NCBI GenBank assembly: GCA_964016885.1
Contig: OZ024743.1
Location: forward strand, 9,486,001-9,550,000
DNA length: 64,000 bases
Reading direction: 5' to 3'
Source: Eledone cirrhosa
Taxonomy: Eukaryota
Below the pieces are notes generated by a model. The model was not told where the DNA came from. It saw nothing but the letters and a program-made list of their open reading frames with translations, and made no database searches. The position numbers and the translations under genes were made by a program. Shown in pieces: positions 9,961 to 23,720 of the stretch (positions are counted from its first letter, which is position 1; each line of letters starts with the position of its first letter).

Positions 9961-11546
9961 AACGTTGGGAAAAATTGTATCCCCTACCACACTCATACCA
10001 ACACAAACATATATGATATCTTGTGATTTTGAACTTATAATTTATTTAAAAAATAATACATTTCCCGTTTCTTTGGAAATTAAATAATTTAAGCTAAGAG
10101 AAAAGAAACAACATTCTCAAAATACACCAATTTCACTTTTAATTATACCATTTAATTTTCTCCCACAAACCTTCTGTTATCTCATCTTTCAATCGATCAG
10201 AGAGATGAACTATAGAAGCTGAAGCTACAGTAGAAATATATCTGTGTTACCACTTGTTCTACAAATGAGTTGCGAAAAAGTAATAAAAAAAATGTGATTT
10301 GAGAAAGTAAAATAATTGTTTAATTAGTAACACAGCTACAATTATTTGCTCTGAAACACTTTCGTTACCATAATCCTAATAGATGTCACTCTTATTGTAA
10401 AATTAATTTTGGAAATCATCAGGAGTTTTTAGAGATGTAATATAACTAACTTGTGCATTATAAATGTCATTTGGGATGACAAAGGTTTTTACATTTATGT
10501 AAGAGTTTGAGATAAATATAAGCACTTTATAACAAACAGTTATATAGATATGTTTACATAGATATTAGAAATGTAGAAATTACTAGACATACTAGAGAAA
10601 ACCTGCTTAGAGAACATTAAAATTGTGAATATTGAATATTCAACGCGCTCCATTTACTTGGATTAATTTGTCCTAGTTCTTTTAAGTCTAAATTTACGTA
10701 TTTATTTGAAACCTCTTCAAGCAACATAATTCAAAAGGCAATTTATAAACCTTCTAAGAACAAATTAGAAATGAATTAATGATTTCAGAGTGTCTAATGA
10801 TTTAATCTTAATGTTATCTATACTTGAGTTTATTGAAAGAGGTTAAGATGGGTTTAGTTGTACGTTCCTGATGCATATCTTATAGAGTTTGTTAAAGTGA
10901 ACTGCTATAGTTTAATTTTATGGAGCTGAGGAGTATTCCGTAAATTAGGTCAGTTTCTCTTCAAACGAAAACCTTCATATTGATTAGAATCTCTGAAGTA
11001 TTGCTCATATTCATTTGAATCGAATTAAATGCATATTGGCTATATTTTGATCCATACTTCCATTGAAATAGCAGAACTTATAAAAAGCATGGAAGACAAT
11101 AGTAATTTAGTTAAGATACTATCGGATTCATATTAACACATATGCGCTCTCACACTTCACATGTGCTCAAGCGTGAGAGTAGGCTTAAATATATAAATAA
11201 CATGTAAGCTTTGCGTGGTCTTTTACACTTTTACTGCATTACAATTATGGTGGGTTTGCGACTTCTTTCAAATATAAGAGATTATTGTGTTTTATTAGAA
11301 TATTAGTTACCGGTATTTGAACATTAAGCGACAGTCTTCAGTATTTATGCATAACTATGTCTCACTAGTGGTAGAAAGTTGATAAAAGCTTTATCAGAAT
11401 GACCCACAATATAGACTGTTGTTGAATGCGTATTTCATAAGTACGCATGTTGGTGTTTGATGATAGATGGAGATACGATTTGATATATTGCCGACAACAT
11501 CATAAACAGTATATTCATTAAGAGTGTACACCCACTCTCACAGGCA

Positions 11547-11614
<68 letters not shown>

Positions 11615-11642
11615 TAGATATATAGATAGATAGATAGATAGA

Positions 11643-11838
11643 TATTTGAAAAAAAGGAAAAGAATGACTTCACTTGTAATTCTAAATAATTTGATTTAAT
11701 TTTATAGTATTAAAATAATATGAGTTGGTAGATTATTAAATTAAATCAAATTATTTAGAACTACAAGTGAAGTCATTCTTTTCCTTTTTTCAAATATATA
11801 TAACTGTACGAAGGACCTCACACATTTTAAAATATATA
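11643..11838. repeat. Small fold-back repeat; further inverted copy at 13440-13532
   Basis: 11643-11701 is inverted at 11738-11798; 11747-11838 recurs inverted at 13440-13532. Confidence 0.7.
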
Positions 11839-11844
11839 CTGTAT

Positions 11845-13425
11845 ACAACGCCACTCACGCAACGTAACGTGGTTCAATCCTCCCCACAATGCCGAGGTGG
11901 CAACACCTATCGGGAAAATCTTCTTTAGGCTCCTCGTAAAACACTTCCCACTACAACACCGCTACCACAGCATAATCAACAAAAACACCATCAAACTCTC
12001 CTACAGCACCACACCTAACTTCGCACAAAACATTGTCTCCTCAAACAACAAAAAACTCAACCCCTATGGAAGAAATACCCTAGACATCAGTGGAGAGCCA
12101 ACCAGGAGGTGTAACTGCCCTGATAGATCTACGTGCCCCCTCAACAACAAATGCCGAGAACGTAACGTGATCTACCAGTGCAACGTGCGGACGGACACCT
12201 CTAACCAAGCTTATATAGGATTAACGGCGTGTGACTTCAAGACCTGACTCTACCAACACCCACATACTTTCCGAAACCCGGTCCGGCGACATGCCACTAC
12301 ACCTTCGGGCCACATCTGGGACCTCCAAGATAATAATATAACCTACAATCTCACTTTGAGCTTACTGTCCAAAGCAAACTCTTACACGGGAGGACGCCCG
12401 CCGTCCGTGTAACTTATGCTCGGAGGAAACATTACAAATGCTGTTTTCGAAGGACCAACTCCTAAACAAGAAAGAGGAACTGGTAACCGCATGCAAACAC
12501 AGATTGCGTAGGACTTACCGCGCCCTCAAACCCCATAACGACCCGGGTGGGTAGACAAGGGCTGATGCCCCCCTACTTGCCGAATAAGTTAGGGGAAACT
12601 CCAGCTCACTTAGGTAGATGTATCTCTTTTCTTTTCTTTTCCTCTTTGTCTTTCTTCTTCCCCCTGTTTCATCCTATCACTTCCTTCCACCCCCTATTTT
12701 CTTCCTCGTCTGCTTTTTCCCTTCGCCTACCCCGATGCAGCCCATCGGCCTCTGTAGCATCAGTTCCCCCACCCCTGTAATTTTAAGATAGAATTGGCTG
12801 AATACGTTTTACTAACTACTTATAGCAGACGTGTTAAACCCCTTTAATTATGTATGAGTTCTGGTACTACTCAATTCTACAAGTTTTTTCTATTCTCAAC
12901 TTATTAACCTGTAATTGTAAGATAGCATTGCGATTTGTTTATTCATTTCTCACTATCTAATTTTATATATTTTTGGTATTTCTTTCTATTATCTTTTATT
13001 GTCTCTTACTCTCATTCGATTTACCTATTCTATAACCTCCCTCCTCTACTTCATACACTAACCTTAGAATCTGCTGTATACATATCACATTCAACGCTTG
13101 ACCGCTCCACTCACTCCCCTATTGTTCTACAGGCAAGTTCAGCCACCCCTACCTCCACCAAATGCTATGATAGACTTATTTGTGTTTACAACATATTTTA
13201 ACCAATCCTCTTGACAACTACAATCTTCCCATATAAGGAAGTACCCCCTTGAAAAGTTCGGCTATTTATTCACCAGGCTAAACATTCTAATTTAGTCCAG
13301 AAATAGCCGTCGAAACGGCTTGAGCTCTGCCGTTGGGGTCATACTTTTTCCTATTCCCACTCTACGTATTGAGTACTCTGCTGCGTTATGGTCCATCTGG
13401 TTCCATACCACAATTCCTTTGTTAT
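11845..13425 (+). mobile_element. 5'-truncated Penelope-like element (Neptune-type GIY-YIG plus 3' UTR with HHR)
   Basis: WFNPPHN...KHFP...CNCPDRSTCPLNNKCRERNVIYQC...YIGLTACDFK; ends CTTTGTTA then (TA)n. Confidence 0.85.
13243..13339 (+). ncRNA. Hammerhead ribozyme with U3-A8 covariant core
   Basis: CCCC-TTGAAAA-g..CGGCTATTT...AAATAGCCG.c-GAAA-CGGC...GCCG-TT-GGGG. Confidence 0.75.
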
Positions 13426-13552
13426 ATATATATATATAGTATATATTGTAAAATGTGTGATGTCCTTGGTACAGTTATATATATTTGAAAAAAGGAAAAG
13501 ATGACTTCACTTGTAGTTCTAAATAATTTGATATATAACAAAGTTTAAAAAA

Positions 13553-13640
13553 AAAAATTATAACAAGACTCTTGTATATTTATTATACGTAAGCATTTCA
13601 CATATGTATAATAAATATACAAGAGTCTTGTTATAATTTT
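13553..13640. repeat. Perfect ~35 bp-arm hairpin
   Basis: AAAATTATAACAAGACTCTTGTATATTTATTATAC / GTATAATAAATATACAAGAGTCTTGTTATAATTTT. Confidence 0.75.
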
Positions 13641-13915
13641 ATTTTTTTACAAGAGTCTTGTTGTAATTTTATTTTTTTGAAAACATTGTTCATATCACAC
13701 CTATCGCAATAGAGGCAAAAAGATCATTCAGCTTTTTCTGGAGTCTTATGCTTTATTAGTGATGTTTAATCAGTTGCTTCTGGGGCAATTATAGTCTAAA
13801 GCCTTTATGTTATTTTTGCGCGTGTAACATCGGCTTGAGATTCTCATTTCCTTATAGTGTGAATAAGCTTGCTTTGGAGTAATTAGAAATGACACTAACA
13901 GCGTTTTTCATCATA

Positions 13916-13982
<67 letters not shown>

Positions 13983-14282
13983 GAGCTTATACGATATATC
14001 TATGAATATTAAACATAAAAGTGTCTCACTATGATTTTATTTAAATCTGTGATCAGGTCACAGTAGCGGTCAATATGACTGACAACAGTTTCTAGATTTT
14101 TTTTATTCAATATTGGTGACATTTACTCACTCGCCACTGAGAAAAAAATAAGCTAAAGCCTATATGGTGTTTGCTTATGAAACATCGATTTGTGTTAGAG
14201 ATGCTCATTTGAATATGGGGCACATAAAACATCGACTGGAGATACTCATTTGCTTATACAGCGAACTTGACTAAATTCGCTT

Positions 14283-14990
14283 TCAAGGGCAGAAGGTCAG
14301 AGACAGATCTGGGGAATAATTGATTCTGTGAGCCACCATACGCCACAAATCATTCCATCTGAGACACCAACCATTCCATCTGGATTGCACCTCCCACCTC
14401 GTCCACAAGCCCTGTTTCCTGGCTTCCTTCTTCACTTCCTGTAAAATCAGATCTTTCCTCATCTTTCCCCTAACCTCTGACCACCGTTCCATTTTTGTTA
14501 CGCCCAGTGTGTCCTATTACATCTCTGAATTTAAGGCTTTCTTTTGCTGCCTCTGCCGCCTCTTGGGCCTTTCATTTTGGCCTCCATCTCCTCCACCGTA
14601 TACCTGTAGAGGCCAGAGAAGATTTGGGATCAACATGAATTCCAAGCACCACACATTATACTTGACAGAGAGGCCGCATTGATTTATGAATTGCACACCT
14701 GTTCCCGGCAATTCCTTGGTTTCGGCTCCCCTTTTCGTATCTTTCAGTGTATCGTCATATCTTCTTGCGAGACTGTTGACTGGTTCCTCAGCCATTGTTG
14801 GGATCTTTTGGTTGGCTACTCTAAATACCACCGTTCCTGTTACGTTCCCCTTCCGCAGAGAGAGGCTCCGAGATTTCTTTGGTTTGAACCTCATTCTGGA
14901 AGAAGTAACTAGTTTATCCAACTGTACCAATAGCCTGCATGTTTCATCTTCCATTATGGCAAAGACTATAGTATTTTCCATGAAGGCTAT
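14283..14990 (-). pseudogene. HERO/NeSL-like (RLE-clade) non-LTR RT fragment
   Basis: RMRFKPKKSRSLSLRKG...EPVNSLARRY...LIPNLLWPLQVY and downstream QGLWTRWE...WNDLWRM. Confidence 0.7.
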
Positions 14991-15831
14991 TGATATATGA
15001 TTTCAAGGACCTATTTCCCTTTGAGTATAAATTTGAATCCTTTAGAAAGAATTGTTTTCTTTTGTTTTGTTTTTTTGAAACCTTTTTGTTCTTTTATTTT
15101 TAAACACTAGTGAATGTAGTAACGACATAATAAATGACCCTTATGTTTCATATTTATATTTAGTTATTCGCTATACACATGGGTAGACTTGAGATGTCCC
15201 TCCATCCTGTGTAGGGTGGGAATGGAATTTCGTATATGTTTTGCTTCAATTGCATACGTTTTTTTAATCCTCTGCAGATGGAAGAGTGTAAACAATATCT
15301 TTATATCATTTTGTATGAATAGACATGATTATACGAATTTTCACCTAACACTCCTCGAATAATCTTGAAACATGTGTAAGGAATTAAGAACGATTTAAAA
15401 TCTAATTTTTCCATCTATATATTTGATTATATTTGCTCTATGTTTATGTTTGCCATTCCAAAATTTCTCTCTAAAACAATTACCTTTTCTACAGATCAAC
15501 AAAATATAAACACATTGAACTAATTCAGAATCTACTTGGCAATTATATAATATCATATATATAATTTTTTTCGCATACATTTGATCTTTGTATATATATT
15601 TTTTCCTTTGCCACACACAGACACACACATATATATAGATCAGAGCAAACAGCACGGACACTCTATCTCAAAATAATTTTTGAAAAGCATTTAGAAATGC
15701 GCAACCGGTAAAAACTTAAAAACTTAAAACCACAACTGAATACTAACCCATACAATCACTAATACTCTTTTATTCCTAATTAAACCATTTTTCAACTGTG
15801 AACAATTTGTCAGCATTTTCTATTCCGTTTA

Positions 15832-15879
<48 letters not shown>

Positions 15880-15884
<5 letters not shown>

Positions 15885-16000
15885 ATGCCCTAAGGACAGA
15901 CACTGGTCTGTTGGAGATGCAGGATATGGCAGCGATAATGAGGGACAGAGACCGCTGGAGAGAACTCGTCCATGGATCTTGGGAATTTTACCCGCCTTAG
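15880..16000 (+). mobile_element. Short 3' fragment of the RTE-like LINE at 37900-38731
   Basis: Near-identical to 38610-38730; embedded in (TA)n. Confidence 0.85.
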
Positions 16001-16123
16001 ATAGATATATATGTGTATATATATATATATGTAAGTATCCACACGTACACACACATATGTATGTATATATATATATATATATATATGTAAGTATGCACAC
16101 GTACACACACATATGTATGTATG

Positions 16124-16169
<46 letters not shown>

Positions 16170-16172
<3 letters not shown>

Positions 16173-17371
16173 GATAAAGAACACAAGAGCGTCTACAACA
16201 TCAAAAGATTTTTATTGGCTTACAATGTTTCTTCCTTACGTAACCGTAGGATTCGTCAGAGCTATAAAAGGGGTTTGATTGGTGTTATGGACTCTACCAA
16301 CCAAACATTCAAGAACAAAGAGTAAAGAGAGTAAAGAGCAAAAGCAGGGGACGATAAGTCTAATTTTGGTGCGGGAGGGTGGGGTGTGGGTCCTTGTTTA
16401 CTAGCCGTGGTCATATTCATTCCCGGGAGTCGAGTGGTTAGTTGGCCATAGATGGGGTGGCTTCGATAGTAGGGTGCAGAGGGTGTGCAGAGGCTACACA
16501 CACACAAAGGGCATACAATATATATATAAGGGAGGAGAAAGTACATGAGGTAATTAGAAATGGAAAAAGAGTAATAATAATAATCTATAATTAATAATGT
16601 ATAATAAGGCATGGGGAAGATTACACTATAATAAGGTATAAAAGTACGAATAAGGTAAAATATAAAGGAGGATAAAAGTGAAAATAAGAATAAAGATAAA
16701 AAAATATATATATATAAAAAAATATATAGAGAATATATAAAGAAATATAAGCAAGTATTAGAAAGGGAAAAACACAATGTAAAAAAACCGATTTTTTCAA
16801 ATAAAAATATTATAAATATGGGGGGAGAAAACGGGATAGAGAAATATGATCAAATGTGATTAGTTGAGAGAATATAAGATGATAATAGTTATGTCAAGTT
16901 ATGTACTTTCTCCTCCGTTATATATATATTGTATGCCCTTTGTGTGTGTAGCCTCTGCACACCCTCTGCACCCTACTATCGACGCCACCCCATCTATGGC
17001 TCAACTAACCACTCGACTCCCGGGAATGAATATGACCACGGCTAGTAAACAAGGACCCACACCCCACCCTCCCGTACAAAAATTAGACTTATCGTCCCCT
17101 GTTTTTGCTCTTTACTCTCTTTACTCTTTGTTCTTGAATGTTTGGTTGGTAGAGTCCATAACACCAATCAAACCCCTTTTATAGCTCTGACGAATCCTAC
17201 GGTTACGTAAGGAAGAAACATTGTAAGCCAATAACAATCTTTTGATGTTGTAGACGCTCTTGTGTTCTTTATCATATATACGGCTCTGCTCCAAAGCATA
17301 GAGCTAATTATTATGCTGCCAATACCTTAATGGGACACGGGTATACAATACCTAACTCCTATTAACCTAAG
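16170..17371. mobile_element. Fold-back non-coding PLE 3' end with HHR in both arms
   Basis: 16170-16547 is inverted at 16901-17280; the + arm has a ~90 nt extra tail; (TA)n flanks. Confidence 0.8.
17178..17234 (+). ncRNA. Hammerhead ribozyme (inverted copy at 16211-16269)
   Basis: GCT-CTGACGA-aTCCTACG gtta CGTAAGGAa-GAAA-CATTG-TA-AGC. Confidence 0.75.
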
Positions 17372-17382
17372 TATATATATAC

Positions 17383-17399
<17 letters not shown>

Positions 17400-17413
<14 letters not shown>

Positions 17414-17736
17414 CATACACACACATATATACATATATGTACGTATGGGTTTTATCGAACATTAATAATAATGTTTCATTCGTTTGTAAACAAACGGCCT
17501 AATTTGAAGCAGTGCCGTGCCGGCGACCGATCGCCACCTGTTTGTTCAACACTGGCTTTGAGGAACAATCAACATATTTCTGGGTCATTACCCTTCCTCA
17601 GGACTGTATACCTCTGCCAGTCTGTTGATCGGTTGAAAATATATAGTATTTTCTTAAGTACACACCGGCTGAGTAGCCTCATTTGCATACCGAGCGAGTT
17701 ACAGCTGGCCATGTCGAATATTGAAAATAAAATTAC

Positions 17737-17740
<4 letters not shown>
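17400..17740 (-). mobile_element. Non-coding HHR element, octamer/TATA family copy A3
   Basis: On the minus strand: ATGCAAAT (17681-17688), GGCTACTCAGCC, TATATA (17640-17645), CTGGCAGAGG, HHR and hairpins homologous to A2. Confidence 0.8.
17565..17607 (-). ncRNA. Minimal type I hammerhead ribozyme
   Basis: ACAGTC-CTGAGGA-aGGGT aatg ACCCa-GAAA-TATG-TT-GATTGT. Confidence 0.8.
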
Positions 17741-17772
<32 letters not shown>

Positions 17773-17780
<8 letters not shown>

Positions 17781-18632
17781 ATACTTGGGGAGGGTCATAA
17801 TTGTGTAATATTGCCAGAATTAATAACAGAACACACTCACTGTTTGGTTGGTTTTCGCTTTTTGTTTTGTGTCTTTTATATCGGTAATCTAATTTACTCG
17901 GTCCTCAATGTTGCCATTGACTGACCGACGGTCAAAAATAATACAGATACAATATAGACACAAACACATATATATATAGTTTATCATAAATCTTTCGTTG
18001 CACATCTGCAACATCGTCAGTGGTGCTATTGTTTCCTCCAGTTGCATTGTATGTCTACGCCATTTTTATTCAGTCTGTCTATATATTTATTTATTTATTT
18101 GCTTGTTTGTTTATTTTATTTTGTCTTCTTTGCGCATGCGTTTGCGTGTGTGTATAGTGTTTTGTTTGATGTGTGATGTGTGTTCATGATTGGGTGACTA
18201 GTGTGTGTTTATGTGCTTGTGTATGTATTTATTTATTTTATTTTATTTACTTATTTATACTTCTCTTAGGTCAGTGTTGTTTGTTTGGGTGTTGTTGTTA
18301 TTCCATTCATTCTTTCTGTTTAGTCGTGGTCTTCTAAGTTCTATTTCACTGGCCTCTCTGATTTGCCTATCTGCTGGGTCATTTCTATGTTTAGATATTA
18401 TTCTAATTTCTATGTTGTCTATGTTTCCATCGGTCAGTCAATGGCAACATTGAGGACCGAGTAAATTAGGTTACCGATATAAAAGACAGACACAGAAGCA
18501 AAAAGCGAAAACTAACCAAACAGTGAGTGTGTTCTGTTATTAATTCTGGCAATATTACACAAATATGACCCTCCCCAAGTATAACAATATTTGTTTCGAC
18601 ACACGATTTTATATAAAAAACCTCGCAAAACT
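17773..18632 (-). mobile_element. 3' fragment of the PLE family at 43.6-46 kb with inverted arm
   Basis: 17773-18430 matches 45265-45980 (GIY-YIG C-terminus and UTR); 18431-18632 is an inverted arm with a ~45 nt tail; HHR-like core at 17983-18024. Confidence 0.9.
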
Positions 18633-20026
18633 ATATATATATATATATATATATGCATATATATATATATATAAATACATGTATTTTTATGAATTGCGTT
18701 AATGTTCTGACTTGGCTGCTTTTGTTTCAGCATTTTCATAAGTTGGGATACGAAGATGATATTATTCTGCCAGTGCAATCAATGAGCAATTGCAACACTC
18801 CATTGTATTCTATATCTATATCTATATCTCGATTCGTTAGGTTATTTACTATGAATCTATTTTCTGTTCACTCAGGCAGCTGTGATTGTCTCCTACCGTA
18901 ATTATCAAACAATGTCTCTATATTTATGTAATAACGAAGCTAAGGCATTTTCATCGAGTAATATCTATTAACATGATTCTCTAAATACTCTTAACTTATC
19001 AAACCTGTACTGCATCAATCAATTTACAGAGAAAGTTTTGATTGTGACATCTTCCCATCAACAATCTATATCCGTCTTAAATAACTCGCATAAAGTTTTC
19101 ACTTCATTACATGTCAGAAGGTTTTATCCATACACATACATTCAAACTTTCAGTACTTGAAATAAATTCATGACAATTTCTCAATGCAATCAGTTAATTA
19201 GATAATATAATCTATAACATCATGCAAGGGTATTTTCTAAACTTCCCAACCTTGTGCATAAAAATAACACTAAAATGACTCACGTAGTTATACATCTCTA
19301 TTCCAGATTTCACCCCAATATTCTTGAAGTCTTCAGCTGATTATTGAGAATACAGGGGATTTATTGTCAAATCACAACTAAACACACGTAAACATATAAC
19401 TTATCTTTCCGAATCTCCAATAATAACTGAATGAATAGATCAAATTTGAATTAAAGTTTTGACGTCAGGACTACTAACTGAAATTTACTAAGGTGGATAT
19501 AATGCCCATTACTTATCCATAGTTTGCAACGTCTCAGTATGTGTGTGTGAGTGTGTAGACGCACCATAAGAGGTTAAAAAGTTTGTTTCGTAATCATTAG
19601 ATCCCGAGTTTAATCCCACTCTATGTCAATTGGGATAATATCAGCTACCTATATGGGAGAAATTGGTGAGACGAAAATCGTTTGGAAGCCCATCAGATAG
19701 CCTGTAACTGTATTTCAAAAGACCAGTCTTGTCACACAATATTTCACGCTTAATCTCCATAAGAATTAATTTGAGACAGTATATGCTAAATACTTCATTG
19801 TTTCCGTTCATTTAAGCTAGCCTGGAGCAAATAATAACAGCCAGAACCCCTATATACTTTTCTAGCCAAGGGAGTTTTCTACATCAATGATTCCAAAATC
19901 TTACATAATTTATTTCATTGGTTTCATTGTGATCTCATATTTAACTCATTATTCCCATGTAATATTATATAGAAAATGCACACAAACCAAACGCGTTGTC
20001 GTACACGTTATCGTGTCGGCAGCTAC

Positions 20027-20057
<31 letters not shown>

Positions 20058-20082
20058 CACACAAATCCTTGTTTTTCAGGTT

Positions 20083-21160
20083 GAAGGTTCGGGCCGATAC
20101 AGCACTATAAGCACTACCTGTCATACACGTTTTGTCACAGCTGGCTGGTTCCACAATGCTGTTGGGATGTGACGACAATTTGGAGGCTCAACATACATTA
20201 AAGGTTTGTGTCAAGATCGACAAATGAAATGGTAAAAACCGCTTACGGATTAACTTTTACGAGCCGAGTGATTGTTTTCCCGTGGCACAGAGGTTCCATG
20301 AGGGCAGAGAATAGGTGAGGGACGACTAGAGTTGTGGCAAGGAGAAGACATCAGGACGCCAAAGGTCTTCCACAAAGTTCGCAACTTTCTGGATGAGAGC
20401 CATTGTGCATCTCTTCTGATGATTGCTAAACAATTTAAAGTGGCTGAGGGCACTATTCACAGAGTCATTAATGACAATCAGAACATGCGCAAAGTTTGTT
20501 CCAAGTTTATCCCCCAGGGTGCTCAATGAAGATCAAAGGCAGAGGCACGTTGATGACAGCAGGGAGTTGGTAGAGTGGATCATTTAGAATCCGTATGTTC
20601 TTGAGTCTCTTGTAATGTGTGACAAGAGCTGGGTCTACCGTTAATCCAGAGGATCAAGAGACAGAGTGTCCAGTGGAAACATTCTGACTTCCCAAGCCCC
20701 AAGAAGACCAACCAAAACCGGTCCACTGGGAAGCTCATGATGATCTCATTCTTTGACAGCAAGGGCATCATCTACATCCACTGGGTCATCAACGGCCAGA
20801 GACTGTCAACAAAGTGTACTATGTGGTGCTTTTTAGGCAGTTCAGAAAGAGATTTCCTAGTTAGAGACCAGAACTCTTCGAATCAAGTCAGTGGCAACTG
20901 CACCAGGACAATGTCCCCTGCCACAAATCCATCCTGGTGACCAACTACTTGGCCGATATAGGGATCAAGACTGTCCTCTATCTTCTCTACAGTCTAGACG
21001 TAATCCTACGCGAACGAGGAGCTCAGGGGCAATCTCTCTGAGCATGTGGAGGAGATAAAGGAAACTGTAACAATAGCCCTGGACATCCTCACGTTGGAAG
21101 AGTACAAGGGACCTTCCAAATGTCGCTGGAATGCTACATCAAGTGCATTGAAGTGTAGTT
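20083..21160 (+). mobile_element. Degenerate mariner (Tc1/mariner) transposase relic
   Basis: MRKVCSKFIP, CDKSWVY, KLMMISFFDSKGIIYIHW, HQDNVPCH and YSLD motifs across frameshifts; TIRs not identified. Confidence 0.8.
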
Positions 21161-21677
21161 ATGCATTAGCTTATTGCCTCTTAGTGTAGATATATTTTCA
21201 CCGTCCTAGCAAAATTTGAATTCCTTTATACATTAAAAAACAAAAGTAGAATGTGTATTTAAAAATCAATAAAAAATATATTATGCATTTGTTCTGAATG
21301 TGAAATGAAAGAATTTGAATTCAATAAATTTACTTATTCACTAAATTGTTATAAAATCTTGCATCCAATTGAATGCATTTTCTTTACAAACATTGTTAAG
21401 TCAAATAAATGAACATATAAAAGCATTGTACTTTAAATTAAATATTCATCCTCAAATTTATTATTTTTAAATGTTTATTACATATTACCAAAATAAATAT
21501 ATATTTGTGGAATGTTTTAACTGGGGATAAGGTGATGTTTCGTAGGGAAGATGTCATGTTACTGTTAGCCTTAGCTTAGCGATGATCGTACAGACTATGA
21601 TTAAAACCTTTCTCTCTATTCGGCCTTCGGTATTTATTCAAACTATGTATCTTAAACTACTTTATTATCTAAGTTAC

Positions 21678-21780
21678 TAAGTTCAAACCCCGCCGAGGTT
21701 AACTTTGCCTTTCATCCTTACGGGGTTGATAAAATAAAATACCAGTAATGCATTGAGAAATTGCTGTCCTTGTGCCAATT
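21678..21780 (+). mobile_element. tRNA-derived SINE fragment
   Basis: GTTCAAACCCCGCCGAGGTTAACTTTGCCTTTCATCCT...GATAAAATAAAATACCAG; related copies at 39465, 43445 and 54805. Confidence 0.7.
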
Positions 21781-22291
21781 ATTATCTAATGTGTCGTACA
21801 ATAGAGTGCGATTTCAGGAAGATCTGACTGCTGTTTCTAGCAGGTTGGAAACCTAAATTAAGTCTCCTTGCTGACTCGAACCGTTATAGTGAATTAAATA
21901 GATATCCGTATTATTGCTGCACATGTTATCGGTCTTGTAATGATGTCGTCAACGATACTATTCTGGTGGGAATTATAACTCATATAGTAGAGGAACAGAT
22001 TATCAACTAAAATGTTTGTTTTTAGTTTGTATTTCTATAATTGCTGCTAGCGCAGCATCCTGTTATGTTAAATTATATTAAAATTGAATAAATTGTATCG
22101 AAATATAATTATAAGGAAGTATATTAAATTTTGAAATCGGTATATGAATTTTATCAGAAAAATATTGATAATAATTTATTATGAAGCAAATCTAGTATTT
22201 GCCGGCTGGAGACAACGGAATAATGGTATTATTATATTTTGTTTCATTTCTATGCATTCTGATCTCAATTAAATATCTGGTATATGCTGAA

Positions 22292-22420
22292 TATGGCGGC
22301 GAATTGGTAGAGTCGTTAGAACGTCGGATAAAATGGTTTGCAGTATTTGTTTCGGCTCTCTGAGGTCATCCATTCGATGTCGATAAAAAAGCTCTAGTTT
22401 AGAACTGGGTCGATTATTCC
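22292..22420 (+). mobile_element. SINE with tRNA-like head, degenerate
   Basis: GGCGGCGAATTGGTAGAGTCGTTAGAACG followed by a CATCC...GTCGATAAAA core. Confidence 0.5.
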
Positions 22421-22744
22421 TCTATATATCTTTCTCATTTCACCTCTTATTACTCTCACTCCTTCTCTGGAAGAAATCTGCTATATCCAGACCTGGAGAA
22501 GGATGGGCTTCGCCGCGTTTAAAAATGCACAAGAGACATCGTATATCAATATAGTGGCCCTGCGACTCCTTCGGGAATTACGGGAGCATGCACATACTGA
22601 ACAGAATACATCCTCACAAACTATACATACTTTACAAACGTCAAATAAATACTTTAAAGTAAAATCCACAAGATTTGAGGCAGCAGGAAGAGTTGTGGCT
22701 AATACATAAGCCGAGGATTTATCAAGTTGTATACTGTATATTTC

Positions 22745-22988
22745 TCCCTACCATTGCTTTACTCTCGTTCGACACAACAGCTGCAGGCTGGAAGATGCCA
22801 CGCGGCAGGCCCGGCAAAATATGTGTGAACGTCATCAGGTATGATCTCTTGAGGGTCGACATCACCCTGGAGGATGCAGAGGAACTGGCATAGGACCGCC
22901 AGTGACCCTGGACGCTGGTGACCCTGGTCGGCTCTACGCACGATGATGCTTATTAGGATGACCCCCGCGTCGACGAGCAAGAATAATA
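22745..22988 (+). pseudogene. RTE-like LINE 3' end
   Basis: GWKMPRGRPGKICVNVIRYDL...LEDAEELA*DR, a typical RTE C-terminus, followed by a short repeat tail. Confidence 0.65.
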
Positions 22989-23325
22989 TATATATATGTA
23001 TATATCATCATCATCATCATCATCGTCATTTTACGTCCGCTTTTCCCTGCTTGCAAGGGTGGGACGGGTCCTATTCAGCACAGCATATCTCCACTTGTCA
23101 CTGTCCTTCGTCATCTCCACCGGCATACACGGATGCAATTCACATCTAGCACTCAACGCTATATTACTTCCTAAGAACATGTTACCTCAGAAATCTTACC
23201 TTTTAATCAATTTTTGGTGTCTGAAGAGATCACGTCATTGTAATATATATAATAGCAAAATTAATAAAGGACCCTAACATCTTCAACTTCGCATTTTCAT
23301 CTTTATATATATATATATATATATA

Positions 23326-23372
<47 letters not shown>

Positions 23373-23509
23373 GGGAGATAGAGAGAGAGAGAGAGAGAGA
23401 GAATATTGGAAACCTCTGAAAATAACTGTAGAGTTGTTTGTTAGAAATAGCTTAGAAAATCAGTTAACCCCTTATAGACGAAACCAAATGTGGCCAGCGG
23501 TCCCTATGA

Positions 23510-23720
23510 AGAATCTATATGTCTTTCAGATACCGGATGACTGCTCTAACCATTGAGCTAAACGGCCCCATATAGACGGTTCAAGCATTGCAACGATGCT
23601 GTTTATATTTCAAAGCTGTTTGATTTAGCTTCAAATTTAGATGGTGATTGTTGTCAAGGGAACTTTAGCTAGATGGCTAGAGCAGTTAGCCGGTATTTGA
23701 AAGATACAGAGTTCGATAAA
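23510..23720. repeat. Two divergently oriented tRNA-like heads forming an imperfect inverted repeat
   Basis: + strand TTTAGCTAGATGGCTAGAGCAGTTAGCCGGTATTTGAAAGATACAGAGTTCGAT; - strand TTTAGCTCAATGGTTAGAGCAGTCATCCGGTATCTGAAAGAC. Confidence 0.55.

Noticed and set aside
23657-23720. Functional tRNA gene
   Set aside because: No complete cloverleaf or acceptor stem; treated as a SINE-like head
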